From Guillardia theta CCMP2712 (lineage: Eukaryota > Protista > Cryptophyta), in contig NW_005434635.1 in NCBI RefSeq assembly GCF_000315625.1, forward strand, positions 372,001 through 436,000: a DNA stretch of 64,000 bases, written 5' to 3'. Below the pieces are notes generated by a model. It was not told where the DNA came from, made no database searches, and was given only the letters and a program-made list of their open reading frames with translations. The translations under genes were made by a program, and so were the position numbers. Shown here one piece after another: positions 27,001-38,416 of this stretch. Position 1 is the stretch's first letter. Every line of letters starts with the position of its first letter.

Positions 27001-28522
27001 TATGGATCCCACGAATGATGGATTTACCGCAACAATCCTTAGCAGGCGAGCAGAAACCTTCCATAAACAGAGGGAAGAGGTTTCTTCTTGTACGGAATCG
27101 CTGAATAAGTAGGGGGAATATGCCCATGGTTTTTGTGTACTGAATGACACTGCAGAGCTGAAAAGGAAGTTGAACAGGCACAGAAGGAGTTGGAGTTGGC
27201 GAAGATGCGCTTGGTAAGCATCAGTTGAATATCTCTACTTGGGTTGAAGAGGGGAATATCATAGAGGGAAAGATGGGAACAAAGATGACGTTGAGGTGTA
27301 GGAGCGAGCTCAGCAGAGGCTCAAGGACAGCCGCGCCTCGAATGAGAGGGTCTTGAAAAGCTTCAGACAAGACGAGTGTCCAACATCGGACGCTCCTGAC
27401 CCTACGTCGCCGTACTTCGAGGCAAGAATATGCCTGCCTGCAATCAATCGAATAACATGAGGTTTTGTAGCAGACGAAATCAAAGGACTTTGTTGGGAAG
27501 TAAGAGTTTATTCCTCTCTTTCTTCTTCATCACTTTTGATAACAGGTGGGCAATCTTCAAAGCAATCGATGATTCCTGCAATGCTCTGGATAGAGACTCG
27601 TTCTGTGTCAGGGCACTTGTGTGCCGAGCAAGATGCTATGTGCTGGTAGAAGCATCACTTGCATGTTAGTCCTTCTGACCGCCATAGATCGAGGAATTTA
27701 GCGAAGCCATCCTTGACTACGAACGGGCCCTTGCTTCACCGCAAGTGAACGAGAACCCTGTGATGAATCGATTTTCGTTGACTTGGCAACAAACTGACCG
27801 AATCAACTAGTTGGCAGTGAACTCGATCTGCATCAAGGAAGAGCTCAGAGTCGCGCAACAGAAGCAGAACTCGGCGAAGATTGACCATTACCAGGTACGT
27901 GCCATTGGGATGTTCTTGTGCTCAACTCTCCTACCAGGCACTGGGACTTCGTCAAGGAGGCAGCAACGTAACAGCAGATGACATCAAGAAAGCGTACAGG
28001 AAGCTCGCGATCAAGTATCATCCCGATAAACTTGGTCACCTTGGAGGCGAAGCAAGAGAGAGGATGGAGAGGAAATTCAAGCAGGTATTTTTTCTTCGCG
28101 CGTGTTCTTGCCCTACCTTCCTGATGTTCTACAGATCACTGAAGCCAACGCCATTCTGTCCAATCCAACTGAGCGCAGAATGTATGACATCAAGAACACT
28201 TCGGTGAGCTCTTTCTTGCCCTACAACACTCACCTTAATGTTTCTTTCCCTACAACGCTCACCCTATTGCCAGTATTCTCGAAGTTCGGGCAGATATAAT
28301 GACTACGCCTACTTCGGTGTCAAATGGATTTCCGGTTCTGAGGCTAACGTCACCCTGCAGGATCGTCGTATCGACCCTCCCACCACAACCCTTACGCAGG
28401 AGGAGGATATCCCTTCAACAGCTCGAGGTGAAGACTTTGACTGTCAGCACGCGACGCTGATGTTGATTCGCAGAAGCTCATTCTTCAATCACGACGACGA
28501 TGATGAGTATGACTCGATGTAA
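24097..28522 (+). CDS. Large TPR-repeat co-chaperone with C-terminal J domain (DNAJC7/TPR2-like), multi-exon
   Basis: First TPR block ([35 protein letters not shown]); second TPR block ([16 protein letters not shown]..); J domain [38 protein letters not shown]. Confidence 0.85.
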
Positions 28523-28937
28523 ACAAGTCCAAGTGAGCTCAGCCTTGAAGAATCGACTTGCCCAGTCGTTCTGCGAGGAGAAGACGTGTTTATTCTTTGC
28601 TTTCACCAGTATCACGATACATCTCTCAGTAGATTTTCTTGAGATCAGCTGCTGACTGACCAGTGGGAAATCCGTTGCATCCTGTCTCATCAATGTGGTT
28701 GCAAATCTTCATCTGCCATCAGGAATTACGAAGCGGCACGTGAAGAGGGGGAGAGGATTATGCTTCTCCTTCTGCTCCTTCCCGTGTCTCTCCCTCCACC
28801 ACCACCATCAACACATCCTCCTACCTCCTCCTATCGCTTCTTTCAGCTCTGTCTGTCTGACTGACTGACTCCTTCCTGCATCTGTCTGCTCGTTCCTCCT
28901 AGTTCACCTCCCACCCTCTCCGCGATTGTCACTCACT

Positions 28938-29177
28938 GTATCTCCCCAGAACTCGTTGTCCCACATGTGGCCGAATGCTCCCCAGTGACAATGATAATGC
29001 CCGATGGCGTCTGTCGTGCAGAAGTTGTCGTAGGCCTTGTCCCAATAGTCGTCCAACCCCTCCAAGTTCGCATCAGCGACAAGACAAGGTCATGCACAGG
29101 TCATGCACCTTCGCGTCATCAGCGTCTTGATCCTCCCATGAGTATAATCTCGACAACTTGCGGATCAAGGCAAACAT
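28938..29177 (-). CDS. Small Trp/Asp/His-rich protein MFALIRKLSRLYSWEDQDADDAK|GLDDYWDKAYDNFCTTDAIGHYHCHWGAFGHMWDNEFWGDT...; last exon not located
   Basis: ATG follows an intron acceptor; phase-0 intron 29108-29061; GC3-biased codons; gtgagt donor after the second exon. Confidence 0.5.
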
Positions 29178-29524
29178 CTGCAGACAAAATCTTCTCGTCA
29201 TGCAGCGCCACCTCCTTACTATTTTTGTTCACTCCTTCAACCTGACAGTCAGGCTAGTGAATGAGTGTCTCCCTGCGCTCTGCCCTCTGCTACTCCTCTT
29301 TGCATGTGCTTGCTCTTGGTAACTTAGTAACCTGGTGGTGCCTTTGCTGGCCCCTCTTACCATCTTTCATGCTCTGCTCTGAGTTACTCTATGTTGCTCC
29401 GCTGGTTCCTCCATTTCTCTCATCTTCAACCACAAATTTCTCGAGTCTCCTCCCCCCCCCCCACCCCGCCATCGCTCTGCACAAAAATAGATTTGACAAC
29501 CAATCAAATCCTTTTTTTTAAAAG

Positions 29525-29850
29525 GCAACTGAGTCCGACGCGGTACTACCGTACACGGCACTGCGGCATGGCCTGAGTCCGGGCGGGCCGCCCCGCGCCG
29601 GGCCCAAAGTGCCCTCCGACTGGCCCGGACTGAGGCGGTGGGCGCCGCTAGTACTTTCCGCCGGGCGCCCGGCCCGACGGGGTGGGGGGTGCCGCCGGCT
29701 CGGAACTTCTAGGATCACCTGGCAAGTTAATTGTACCGTACGGTAATATTTGGGTCCCCCCCGGATGATCATGGCATTCGGAAGCCGTGACTCTAGCACC
29801 AGTTCAAAGTTTGGTCCGAGGCTTCGGGCGCAATTCGCCGGGAAACTTCG
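29525..29850. repeat. GC-rich palindromic intergenic island
   Basis: cggtactaccgtac (29541-29554), gtaccgtacggta (29733-29745), ccgggcgcccggcccg. Confidence 0.65.
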
Positions 29851-30013
29851 GACTCAAAGGCTGGAGTGAAACAGCTCAGTGGTAGTCTTCACTGTTTGAC
29901 AGAATAAGATGAGAGTGCTAGAAATCTTTAAGCGAACTCAAGATTATTTCCAATCAACGGATTCAATTCAACGATCTCATCACGCAAGCTTCAGCTGAGC
30001 TACTCAAGGAAAA

Positions 30014-33000
30014 TTAGCGTCGCCACTGATTGCTGAGAGGAGCGTAAGGGTTGTTAGATCCCTGCCCTCCCCTCGACTGGTCTGGATGCCCTCCGTACTG
30101 CTGCCCTCCGTCCCTTCCTCCATAAGGTGGATAACCGCCTGGCGCTCTGTTGTCGTTGCCAAACATTTCCAGCAGACTTACTCCTCTCCCTCCAGGGCGG
30201 TCAGCACGCGGAGGACCCGGAGGACCTCCACCGAACTGGTCGAGCAGTCTCATCCCCTGCCCTGGTTCGCCGTATGGCGCTGCGGGCGGCATCGAGTAAG
30301 GGTTACCTTGGGGGGGAGGAGCGTAACCCCCGCCGCCGCGGTTGTATCCTCCGTGCTGCTGGTTTGGGTGGTAGCCTTGTCCTCCTTGATACATGGGCCC
30401 ACCCTGCTGGCGGAAGTTATTTGGAGGGCCTCCATGCTGATTGCCAGGTCCACACAAGCCCATAGCGAGCATCCTGCCAACGGGGGTCTGACCCACATAA
30501 TTGCCACCGGGGTTCTGCCTGACGTGCTGACTGCTTGAGCGATACTGATTGGCGCCACCGTCGTAACCATAGTACTTGCCTCCTCCTCCTCCTCCTCCTC
30601 CTCTTCCACGCGGCCCGTCAAGGATGCTTCGCCCCTCAACGATGAGGTCCTGGTCCGTGAGCTCAGGATCTGGAAGAATGACTCCCTTCAAAAGCTTCGG
30701 AATATGCTCGACGAAAGGCGGAGTCTTGTACCGACAGCACACACACTTGTTGCATACGATTCCATCCAATCGTTTGGACATGCCTTCGATCTTGTCATCC
30801 AGCTTCCACGCGTGCGGCCAACGAGCGATGGTTCCAAACAAGTTATCGTTGATGTAGTCGCCATTAGCAGTTTCCGTCCGGCTGCTCACTTCGAGCTTAA
30901 ATTCACCATTGATGCTTGACATGATGTCAGCGAGCTGGGCATGATTTTGCTCAGCGCCAACAAAGAGCAGGTCGCAGCCTCTGGAGTTCTGTGCCCTTTC
31001 ATCCTCATTCAGAGTCTGCTCCAGCGGCTTCACAACTTTTAGCAGCCTCTCCTCGTCAATGAAGGGCAGGAGAGCAACGCCCAGCCATGCCATCTTCTTG
31101 CCGTTCATATCCACTCGAAACTGTTTCGGATAGAAGTCAATGATGGGTGACTTGGGGTTGACCATGAGGTCTTGGTATTGCTCAGGCAACGCATGCTTGC
31201 TCAAGGGGGGCAGGCAAGCCATGAGCTGTTCGAAAGGCAAGAAAGGCTGAGTGTTCTCCGGAAAGACGATCTCCAAGTCAGCTAGGCCAACAAAGTCCGA
31301 GGCGAACGGCGCATAGTGGTAGGGATAATACCAGATCCATGATGGACACCCGCGATAGTAGTATAGCAGAGTCCAGCAGATGCCCTCCATGAAGCTCTTG
31401 ACGACTTTGCGAGGAAAGGAAGGGTCTTTGTTGATGTTGATCCCGAACTTGCTCTGGTAGTATCTCTCTTTCCAGCCAGACTCATGCAACTTGACCTTAT
31501 CTTCTTCGTCCACCATGTTTTTCTTCTCCATTGAGGCCTTCAAAGCAGCATTGAACTCCTCCATGCTCGTGTCGTCGCCATTCTCTTTGTTGTCGGTATC
31601 GGTGGCAGCATCTCCAGAAGCAGTCTTCATCTTCTTGTTTGTATGGCCGAGCATCTCATCCCGGAGAGCTTTGGCGGCTGACTTGTTTGCCTCCTGTGCT
31701 CTGGGACCACCAGGGTCCGACCTGAAGGTCTCACGGACGGCTTCAGTGTTTCTCCTGGAAACTGCATCTCTCTCACGCTGCTCTCTCTCCCGCCTGGCCT
31801 TGCTGGCTGCGATGCCCTCTTCTTTCTGCTTCCTACGTCGGAAGATTTCGTCTTCAAGTTTTCCAAGTTCTTGCAATATGATCCCACAACGTTCGAGATT
31901 ACAATTTCCACGGCTTGACAAGTATCCGGTGATAGTACCCGAAGACACGGCTTCCTTGTAGATTCGAATCATTTCGCCGATAGCTCCTTCATGAATGTCC
32001 AGAGACGGAAGATGCGGAAGAAAATCGTTGCCAGCGAAAAAGCAGAACAGCACAAAGTCGTCAATAACTTGTTCGAGATCGTAGGGGAAGCAAAATGGAA
32101 CGTCTCTGAAATCTTTGTCTAGATACTCGCGCACAATGTGCATCTGAATAAATTTGAAAGGAGGGCAGCTTATAGCAGGCCCTCGTTCGTCTGCCTCGCC
32201 AAGTCGAATCATGGCTTGGTCTTCCTCATGCTTCTGCTTCAGCTGCTCACTCGTCATTCCTCGGTTGTGGGGATTCAAATCCAATTCACGCAAAATCGAG
32301 AAGTGGGGCTCGTGGGTAGCTAGCGCAAGCATGATGAGATCAGCATCTTTTCCATGGATAGCATGGCGAGTGTTGGGATCATAGCCTTTCTGCTGCCTCT
32401 GCAACCTGATGAACTCCATCACCTTGTGCTCTCCTTCGCCAGGGACGCTTGCATCGGAAAGAACTACTTTCACGTTCTTCCATCCCGGGTCGTTGGTGAT
32501 ACGATTGTGAATGTAGTATCTCAGGAATTTCGAGAGCCGATGCATGAAGGCAGTACCGGGGGTGATGACGTTGTGATCCCAGGTCGGGGCCTTCTTTGGG
32601 GGAAGTTTCTTCCCGTTGACAGACCATTCACTCCTCAGCCTCTCTTCCTCAGCCTTCTTGTCTTCAATGTCCTTGGCAGATCTGTACCTACGTGATCGCT
32701 GCTGATTCATCTTGGCCCTTGGCGCAACTCCATCAATGGCCATGTAGAGCATTTTTCGTGGCCTGATGATGTTGAAGACACGGTCGATGTACTTGTAGAT
32801 GGCAAGGTACATCTCCTCTTCAGTGACTGGTGCAGGAAGATCTTCAGGATGGCATGCAGGGTGAATAATCCCGTTCATATCCAGATACAAGTTGTCATAC
32901 TCAACACCGTTCGGATTGGGCAAGCTGGTATCAGGATCCACACGTACACCTCCGATGTATTGCGGAAGCTTCTCCTGCGCATCAACGACAGACTTGGGGT

Positions 33001-33040
33001 AACGAGCACACAACCAGCGATAGAGTCCGGGGACACCCAT
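30014..33040 (-). CDS. XRN2: 5'-3' exoribonuclease XRN2/Rat1-type, intronless CDS, G/Q/Y/P-rich tail
   Basis: MGVPGLYRWL; YDNLYLDMNGIIH; AIDGVAPRAKMNQQRSRR; VPGEGEHK; GNDFLPHLPSL; GWKERYY..KF; YPYHYAPFASD. Confidence 0.93.
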   Translation of the reverse strand: MGVPGLYRWLCARYPKSVVDAQEKLPQYIGGVRVDPDTSLPNPNGVEYDNLYLDMNGIIHPACHPEDLPAPVTEEEMYLAIYKYIDRVFNIIRPRKMLYMAIDGVAPRAKMNQQRSRRYRSAKDIEDKKAEEERLRSEWSVNGKKLPPKKAPTWDHNVITPGTAFMHRLSKFLRYYIHNRITNDPGWKNVKVVLSDASVPGEGEHKVMEFIRLQRQQKGYDPNTRHAIHGKDADLIMLALATHEPHFSILRELDLNPHNRGMTSEQLKQKHEEDQAMIRLGEADERGPAISCPPFKFIQMHIVREYLDKDFRDVPFCFPYDLEQVIDDFVLFCFFAGNDFLPHLPSLDIHEGAIGEMIRIYKEAVSSGTITGYLSSRGNCNLERCGIILQELGKLEDEIFRRRKQKEEGIAASKARREREQRERDAVSRRNTEAVRETFRSDPGGPRAQEANKSAAKALRDEMLGHTNKKMKTASGDAATDTDNKENGDDTSMEEFNAALKASMEKKNMVDEEDKVKLHESGWKERYYQSKFGININKDPSFPRKVVKSFMEGICWTLLYYYRGCPSWIWYYPYHYAPFASDFVGLADLEIVFPENTQPFLPFEQLMACLPPLSKHALPEQYQDLMVNPKSPIIDFYPKQFRVDMNGKKMAWLGVALLPFIDEERLLKVVKPLEQTLNEDERAQNSRGCDLLFVGAEQNHAQLADIMSSINGEFKLEVSSRTETANGDYINDNLFGTIARWPHAWKLDDKIEGMSKRLDGIVCNKCVCCRYKTPPFVEHIPKLLKGVILPDPELTDQDLIVEGRSILDGPRGRGGGGGGGGKYYGYDGGANQYRSSSQHVRQNPGGNYVGQTPVGRMLAMGLCGPGNQHGGPPNNFRQQGGPMYQGGQGYHPNQQHGGYNRGGGGYAPPPQGNPYSMPPAAPYGEPGQGMRLLDQFGGGPPGPPRADRPGGRGVSLLEMFGNDNRAPGGYPPYGGRDGGQQYGGHPDQSRGGQGSNNPYAPLSNQWRR

Positions 33041-34320
33041 GCTGGAAAGGAAGACCTCTTTGGACCGCGAGGCACTGACTTGCAAACGCGGGTGAAATCT
33101 CTAGAACGATATACTCCTGGTGCACAAAAAGGTCAGCGAAGGGAGATGAAAGCACTTATCGGTAATTTATGGTGATAGGTCACAATCAACAATCTTCATC
33201 TTGAAATAGAAATATGAAATTGTGATGCGTGACGAATCTGAGTTTGCGACTAGGCTGCAAGTACAGTGTAAGTCTATCCGTTCCTGACCCTATCTGCTAG
33301 AGCAACATGCCAGCACCCGATAGTCTATGATTACGAGGAATCGTTGTGCCCTGGCATGTTCGGCTTGCGCGTTACGCTTTGCTGCCACTGAGCAACATCT
33401 ACTATCAGCTGGTCCGAACTTGATCAAACCGGCCAAAGACAACACTCGATGCTACAACGCAAGTATGCACCCTGTAACATGCCTTCGAGGCTTTCATCCA
33501 CAGGCAGTATCTGTTAGAGCGCCATGCGCGTCATTCCTATCTACACTCCTCTCCCTGCATGGCGCGATGGCCAGGGGGACCCGCGCCGCCGCCATGCCTG
33601 CAGTCTGCAGGGGGGGCGAGGTGAAGCTCGTGGATAATGGGGGTAGGTAGTGAATGAGAGGGGTACTTGATAGATCATGTACTGGGGAATTTCTGGGTGG
33701 GGTCATGTCTTCAGGTGCTCGGGGTGGGGTCTACCATCCGTTTCAACTCTGTACCCGTCCGAGTTTCTTGAAATTTGAAATCAATGAGCAGCATTTCTAG
33801 AATCGGACCAAACCTAAACCTTAAAAATATTTATATTTATCAGCCAGGTAATCCTTTAAAAACAATATAATTAGTACTATTGGAACAGATCTTACAATGC
33901 AAAAAAGAAACCATTTTAAAGGTCCGTCATGTCGGGTGAACGTATGACGAGGACCAGGATAGTCAGGAGGAGAGGAGGAGAGGAGGAGAGGAGGAGAGGA
34001 GGAGGGTTAGCGAGGAGAGGATTGTTCAAAAGGATACATCACAGGCCTAGGAAACTTATTCAAGCCCGCGCCATGAATCCCTCAATGCACTGGCTCGGAC
34101 CCAATCTAGGAAATTCCTTGTTCGCAAATGAGGGGATTTTTATTGAGACGATAGAAATGTAGCCTGATAAGATATCACAGCAACGTTATAGATTGGGCTT
34201 GATGTTCTTGATGCTGTCGAATATCCCAATTCTTTTTGGCAATGACCAAATGATCTATTCGCATGTGACTGAGAGTAGTGGAGCGCAAACTTGGTCTAAG
34301 CTAACATGTCTAGAATTCAG

Positions 34321-36118
34321 ATGAGTTCGGCAGCAGCGAGGAGATCAATCCTGCTAGCCGCATGCATCTTGTTCTTCAGCTTGGGACTTCTTGACTCGTC
34401 CCTCGTGCTGAAAGACTCTCTGTTGCCGAAAGGAGCTTTGAACCTTGTTGGTATGTAAGCCCTTGCTTTTTTAGGAAAATCTTTGTGTAGATATGCTGAC
34501 CCTGCAGCAGCACATCACAAACTTGGATTCATTCGACTCAGAGGAGGATCGTCACACGAGGCACACGAACAAGGGGCAGGAGGTTTGATATCTCATGCCT
34601 GTCGCTTGTTTTTTCTCGAGAACAACTGAACGTTCAGTGACTGTCTGCCTTGCACGCAGAAAGCTACGAGGAGGAAGAGGAGGAGGAGGAAAGTAACGAT
34701 GTCCCTGAAGATGCGCCGGAAGGTTGCCCAGGCACGACATCAGAAATGGCAGGCAAGTCGTCGACATGCGTGGGATGTCCCAACCAAGCAGCATGCGCCT
34801 CTGGCCAGTCGTCTGCCCCTGATCCAGCCATAGAAGAGATCAAAGCGAGAATGTCGCTCGTGAAACACAAAATCCTCGTGCTGAGCGGGAAGGGAGGAGT
34901 GGGAAAATCGACAGTCGCATCTCAAGTTGCGATGGCGTTGAGCGGAGGAGGCAACGTGACTGGTTTGCTTGACATCGATGTCTGTGGGCCTAGTGCGCCT
35001 AGAATGCTCGGCGTTGAGGACATGGACGTGCATCAGTCAGGGTCAGGGTGGCAGCCTGTTTGGGTGGATGAGAACTTGTGCGTGATGTCTATCGGCTTCA
35101 TGCTCCCCTCACGAGATGACGCGGTCGTATGGAGGGGGGTAAGGAAGATTGGTCTGATCAAACAGGTGAAGTTGACACTCGCTCTTGCCTCCCCTTTTCT
35201 CATTGTCAAGTTCAGTTCCTCAAGGATGTGAACTGGGAGAAGCTTGACTACCTCGTCATCGATGCTCCTCCGGGCACATCAGATGAACACATCACAATCG
35301 CCCAGTGCCTCAACCAAACGTCAAACGTCGGAGCCGTCATCGTCACTACCCCACAGGTTGTTTCTTTGCCTGACCGAGTTCTCTTGCTCTCTTTTACGCT
35401 AAGAGAGCATGTGCTTCTGCTGTACCCGTTCCTCCTCTTCCTCACATCTTCTCATTGACCAGGAGGTCGCACTGTTGGACGTCAGGAAGGAGATCAACTT
35501 CTGCAGGAAAGCAGGAGTCAAAATCCTTGGGGTCATAGAGAACATGGCCGGTTTTGTCTGCCCTCACTGCGGAAACTCCTCAGAGATCTTCGTTCCGAGC
35601 GAAGCTGACTCAGGTCGTGAACGAATTCATGTCACTGACTTCACCTGTGCCTCACTCCAGCTTGCTCTTTTCAGTCCAAGGACCCAGCGCGGTCCTCCGG
35701 GGAGCGGAGGCGATGGCCAAGAAGCATGGTATTCCCTTCCTGGTAATGCACGTGCACTTTTCCTGCCACCTGCAAACACGCTGCATGCTATTCATCCACC
35801 AGTTCACTCTGCCCAACACCTCCCATGCTCTCAACCCGATCCCCTTCAAACAACCTCTCCTCCTCCTCATCCTCCTCCTTTATTTCCCGCCATGCTCTTG
35901 TATCCCATTCACACTGTGAACAAAGGGAAGGATTCCTCTAGACCCGAAGCTAGGTATCGCGTCAGAACGAGGGGTAAGCACAACCCACAGCTCCTTCTCC
36001 ACCTCGCTGCTCCTCACTCACGAACTCCCAACAGGAAGCGCTCAAGAATTCTCTTGCGTTGCAGTCTCTACAGTCAGCTGTCCAGAATCTCCGAATCAAC
36101 TGCAAAGGAAACACCTGA
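34321..36118 (+). CDS. NUBP1: Cytosolic-type Fe-S scaffold NUBP1/Nbp35 with signal peptide and RLRGG leader (multi-exon)
   Basis: CX13CX2CX5C ([24 protein letters not shown]); GKGGVGKST; DIDVCGPS; [13 protein letters not shown]; VTTPQEVA; [11 protein letters not shown]; GKIPLDP; leader [26 protein letters not shown]...GFIRLRGG. Confidence 0.93.
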
Positions 36119-36353
36119 GCAGCGTAAGTTTGAAGTGTGGGGTCATGTGTAAGCAGCTGGGGCTGGTACATCAGTACATCCTTTCATTCATCGTCTGCCT
36201 CTGCTGCTGCCCTCTCCTCCTCTCTTCTTCTCTCCTCTCTCTCCCTCCTCCAAGGACGACGTGGTCGCTTGTCCCCATACCAGCCCGGAGCTCCGCAGCC
36301 CTTGTGTCCTGCGTTGCGGGAGCACGGGGAGGGGTCGACCAGGCAGGAGCAGC

Positions 36354-37325
36354 TCACTGAGGGACAGGCGCGGCGGTCAGCTGGCTGGTGCTGCTCGGCT
36401 GCCCGGCCGGGACGGACTTGAGGGAGACGAGGAGGCTCCAGGCTCCCTGCTCGCTCTGCATGAGAGACGCGCAGAGGCCGCCGAGGGGGTCGGCGGGCTC
36501 CATGCCGATGTCGTCGAGCATGTTCTCGAAGGTCTTGAGGGGACCAGCGTCACCTCGGAGCTTGGTACCGGGCCTGGCGAGGCGAATGATGGCGATGAGC
36601 TGGCGCTGCAGCTGGAGCATGTCGGGGGGCTGATGGGCATTGTAGTCGAGATCCCAGGCCATGGCGTTGATGAGGTACTGGCCGCTGGCTGGAGGGCGAA
36701 GGCTGAACTGGAAGCATTCGTTGTCTGCGGGGCCGGCGTGGAGGCAGAAGAGCTGGGAGGCAGGGCGGCGCATGACGGTGTCGAGGACGGCGAGGCAGAG
36801 CTGGCCCTTGGCGGAGGCAGCGTAAGCGCTTGTCCGGTTGCACGTGAGGAACCCTGTGGAGAACGAGGAGCGGTCGACGATCATGTCGGAGAACTCGAGG
36901 AGGACGCCGAGCTTGACCTGGACGAGCGACGGAAGAGGGGAGGGGGAGCGAGGGTCCGAGTCGAGGTCAGGGAAGGCGGAGGACAAGGACGGGGAGGGGT
37001 CGTGGGTGGAGAGGGACGCGACGGGCTTCTGCCATTGGGAGGGAAGGTCGGCAATGAAGGCGTTGTCGATGTCGAGGGTGTCGGCGACGTCAGAGCTGGG
37101 GATCTCCTGGGGCCTGAGGAGCTTGAGGGCGCGGGCGGTGGTATGCTGCAAGTGCTCGAGCGCGTCTGAGGAGGTACGCTTGTGTCCAGGAGAGCCAGGG
37201 GTGGGAGGGGGAGGGGGAGGCGGAAGGAGGCAGGAGGGGTCGTCCTGCGGGAGGGAGGGGAGGGCAAAGTTAGAGGGAGGAGGAGGAGGAGGAGGAGAAG
37301 GATGTTTGGAGGTATGGGATGACAT
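36354..37325 (-). CDS. Orphan protein, left copy (323 aa, intronless)
   Basis: MSSHTSKHP...TAAPVPQ*, strong GC3 bias; paralog of 38417-39430. Confidence 0.7.
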   Translation of the reverse strand: MSSHTSKHPSPPPPPPPSNFALPSLPQDDPSCLLPPPPPPPTPGSPGHKRTSSDALEHLQHTTARALKLLRPQEIPSSDVADTLDIDNAFIADLPSQWQKPVASLSTHDPSPSLSSAFPDLDSDPRSPSPLPSLVQVKLGVLLEFSDMIVDRSSFSTGFLTCNRTSAYAASAKGQLCLAVLDTVMRRPASQLFCLHAGPADNECFQFSLRPPASGQYLINAMAWDLDYNAHQPPDMLQLQRQLIAIIRLARPGTKLRGDAGPLKTFENMLDDIGMEPADPLGGLCASLMQSEQGAWSLLVSLKSVPAGQPSSTSQLTAAPVPQ

Positions 37326-38416
37326 GAGGGGAAGGGTAGAGGAAAGAAGGGGATGGGAGCTTGGTGCGAGTGGGAGGAACAAGCCTCCTCTAAAGAAGGG
37401 AAGGGCGGGGGGGCTGGTTGTCTTTTCTTTGGGGGTAGGGGGTTCTTTTGTACCGGTACTTTTGTTTTGTTGGTTGAGCTGGGTACCATTGAGAGGGTAG
37501 TTTAATAGGTAAAATTGGGGTTGATGATATGACCCGTACATGAGTGGAACTTTCCTATCGGGTGGTAGAACAACACGGGGTAGGGTGAACCAGGGGGGTT
37601 GCAGGGGTGGTATGCTCATCCTGCAAACTGGTTTGTGATCACCCTACCCCCAATAATCGTCTGAAAATTTGGAAAAAGAAGGGGTACTTGAAATTGGTGT
37701 GCAGTACCCCGTGTTGGTTGATGATTTTACTCTAGACGGGTAGGGTTTGGAAAGAACGAGGGTAGGGGTTATTACCCACCCTGTACACTTCCATCAACTC
37801 ATCTATCAAAGTAGGGGTGGACAATGATAAGTTCATCACCCTACCCACACATGGGGTACGAGACCGGGAACAACACGGAGTCTATGGCACACAGAGCGAA
37901 AGAATGTACGAAAACAAGCGAATGAGGGGAGAAAAGAGAAGGAGAGCAGAGCAAAAGACAGGAAAGATGTCAAAAAGAAGAAAAGAGACGAGAAACAAGA
38001 GTAGAAACAACAGCTAACAAAGAATTCAGCGATGAAGTATTTCAATGCCAAAATAGGCAGGGTAGAAGTGATGTGCAAAAAAGAGCGTGAAAATAAGAAG
38101 GAAGGAAGAAGCATAAGACAAAAGAAATCAATGTCAGACAAAGACGGCGAACAGCAAAAACAAAAAAGAAAAGAGAGATAACATAGGCCAAAAAAACCAA
38201 ACATGCTAGCAAGAACACGGAAATACACAGACAGACACATCATAATTATACATGAGGAAGAATATCTCAAATGAGAGCGCACCAAGTCTGACCAAACCAT
38301 AAGACAAAGAATGTGCAATTCAAACAAAACCTCCACAATCACCAAAACAACATGCTTATTCTCCTCCCACTCGCACCAAGCTCTCATCCCTCCTTCTTTC
38401 CTCTACCCTTCCCCTC

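Noticed and set aside
18686-33040. DDX6 and XRN as an RNA-decay gene cluster
   Set aside because: They are ~10 kb apart with unrelated genes between them, and the XRN is XRN2-type; chance proximity is sufficient
33041-33085. Splice acceptors just before ATG (XRN2, gene at 29177, NUBP1) as trans-splicing sites
   Set aside because: For XRN2 and the 29177 gene a GT donor lies ~40-45 nt upstream, so ordinary 5' UTR cis-introns explain them; NUBP1 is unresolved
37836-38387. 183-aa hydrophobic ORF in the inverted-repeat spacer
   Set aside because: Product of an A-rich low-complexity strand; codon usage unlike real genes here
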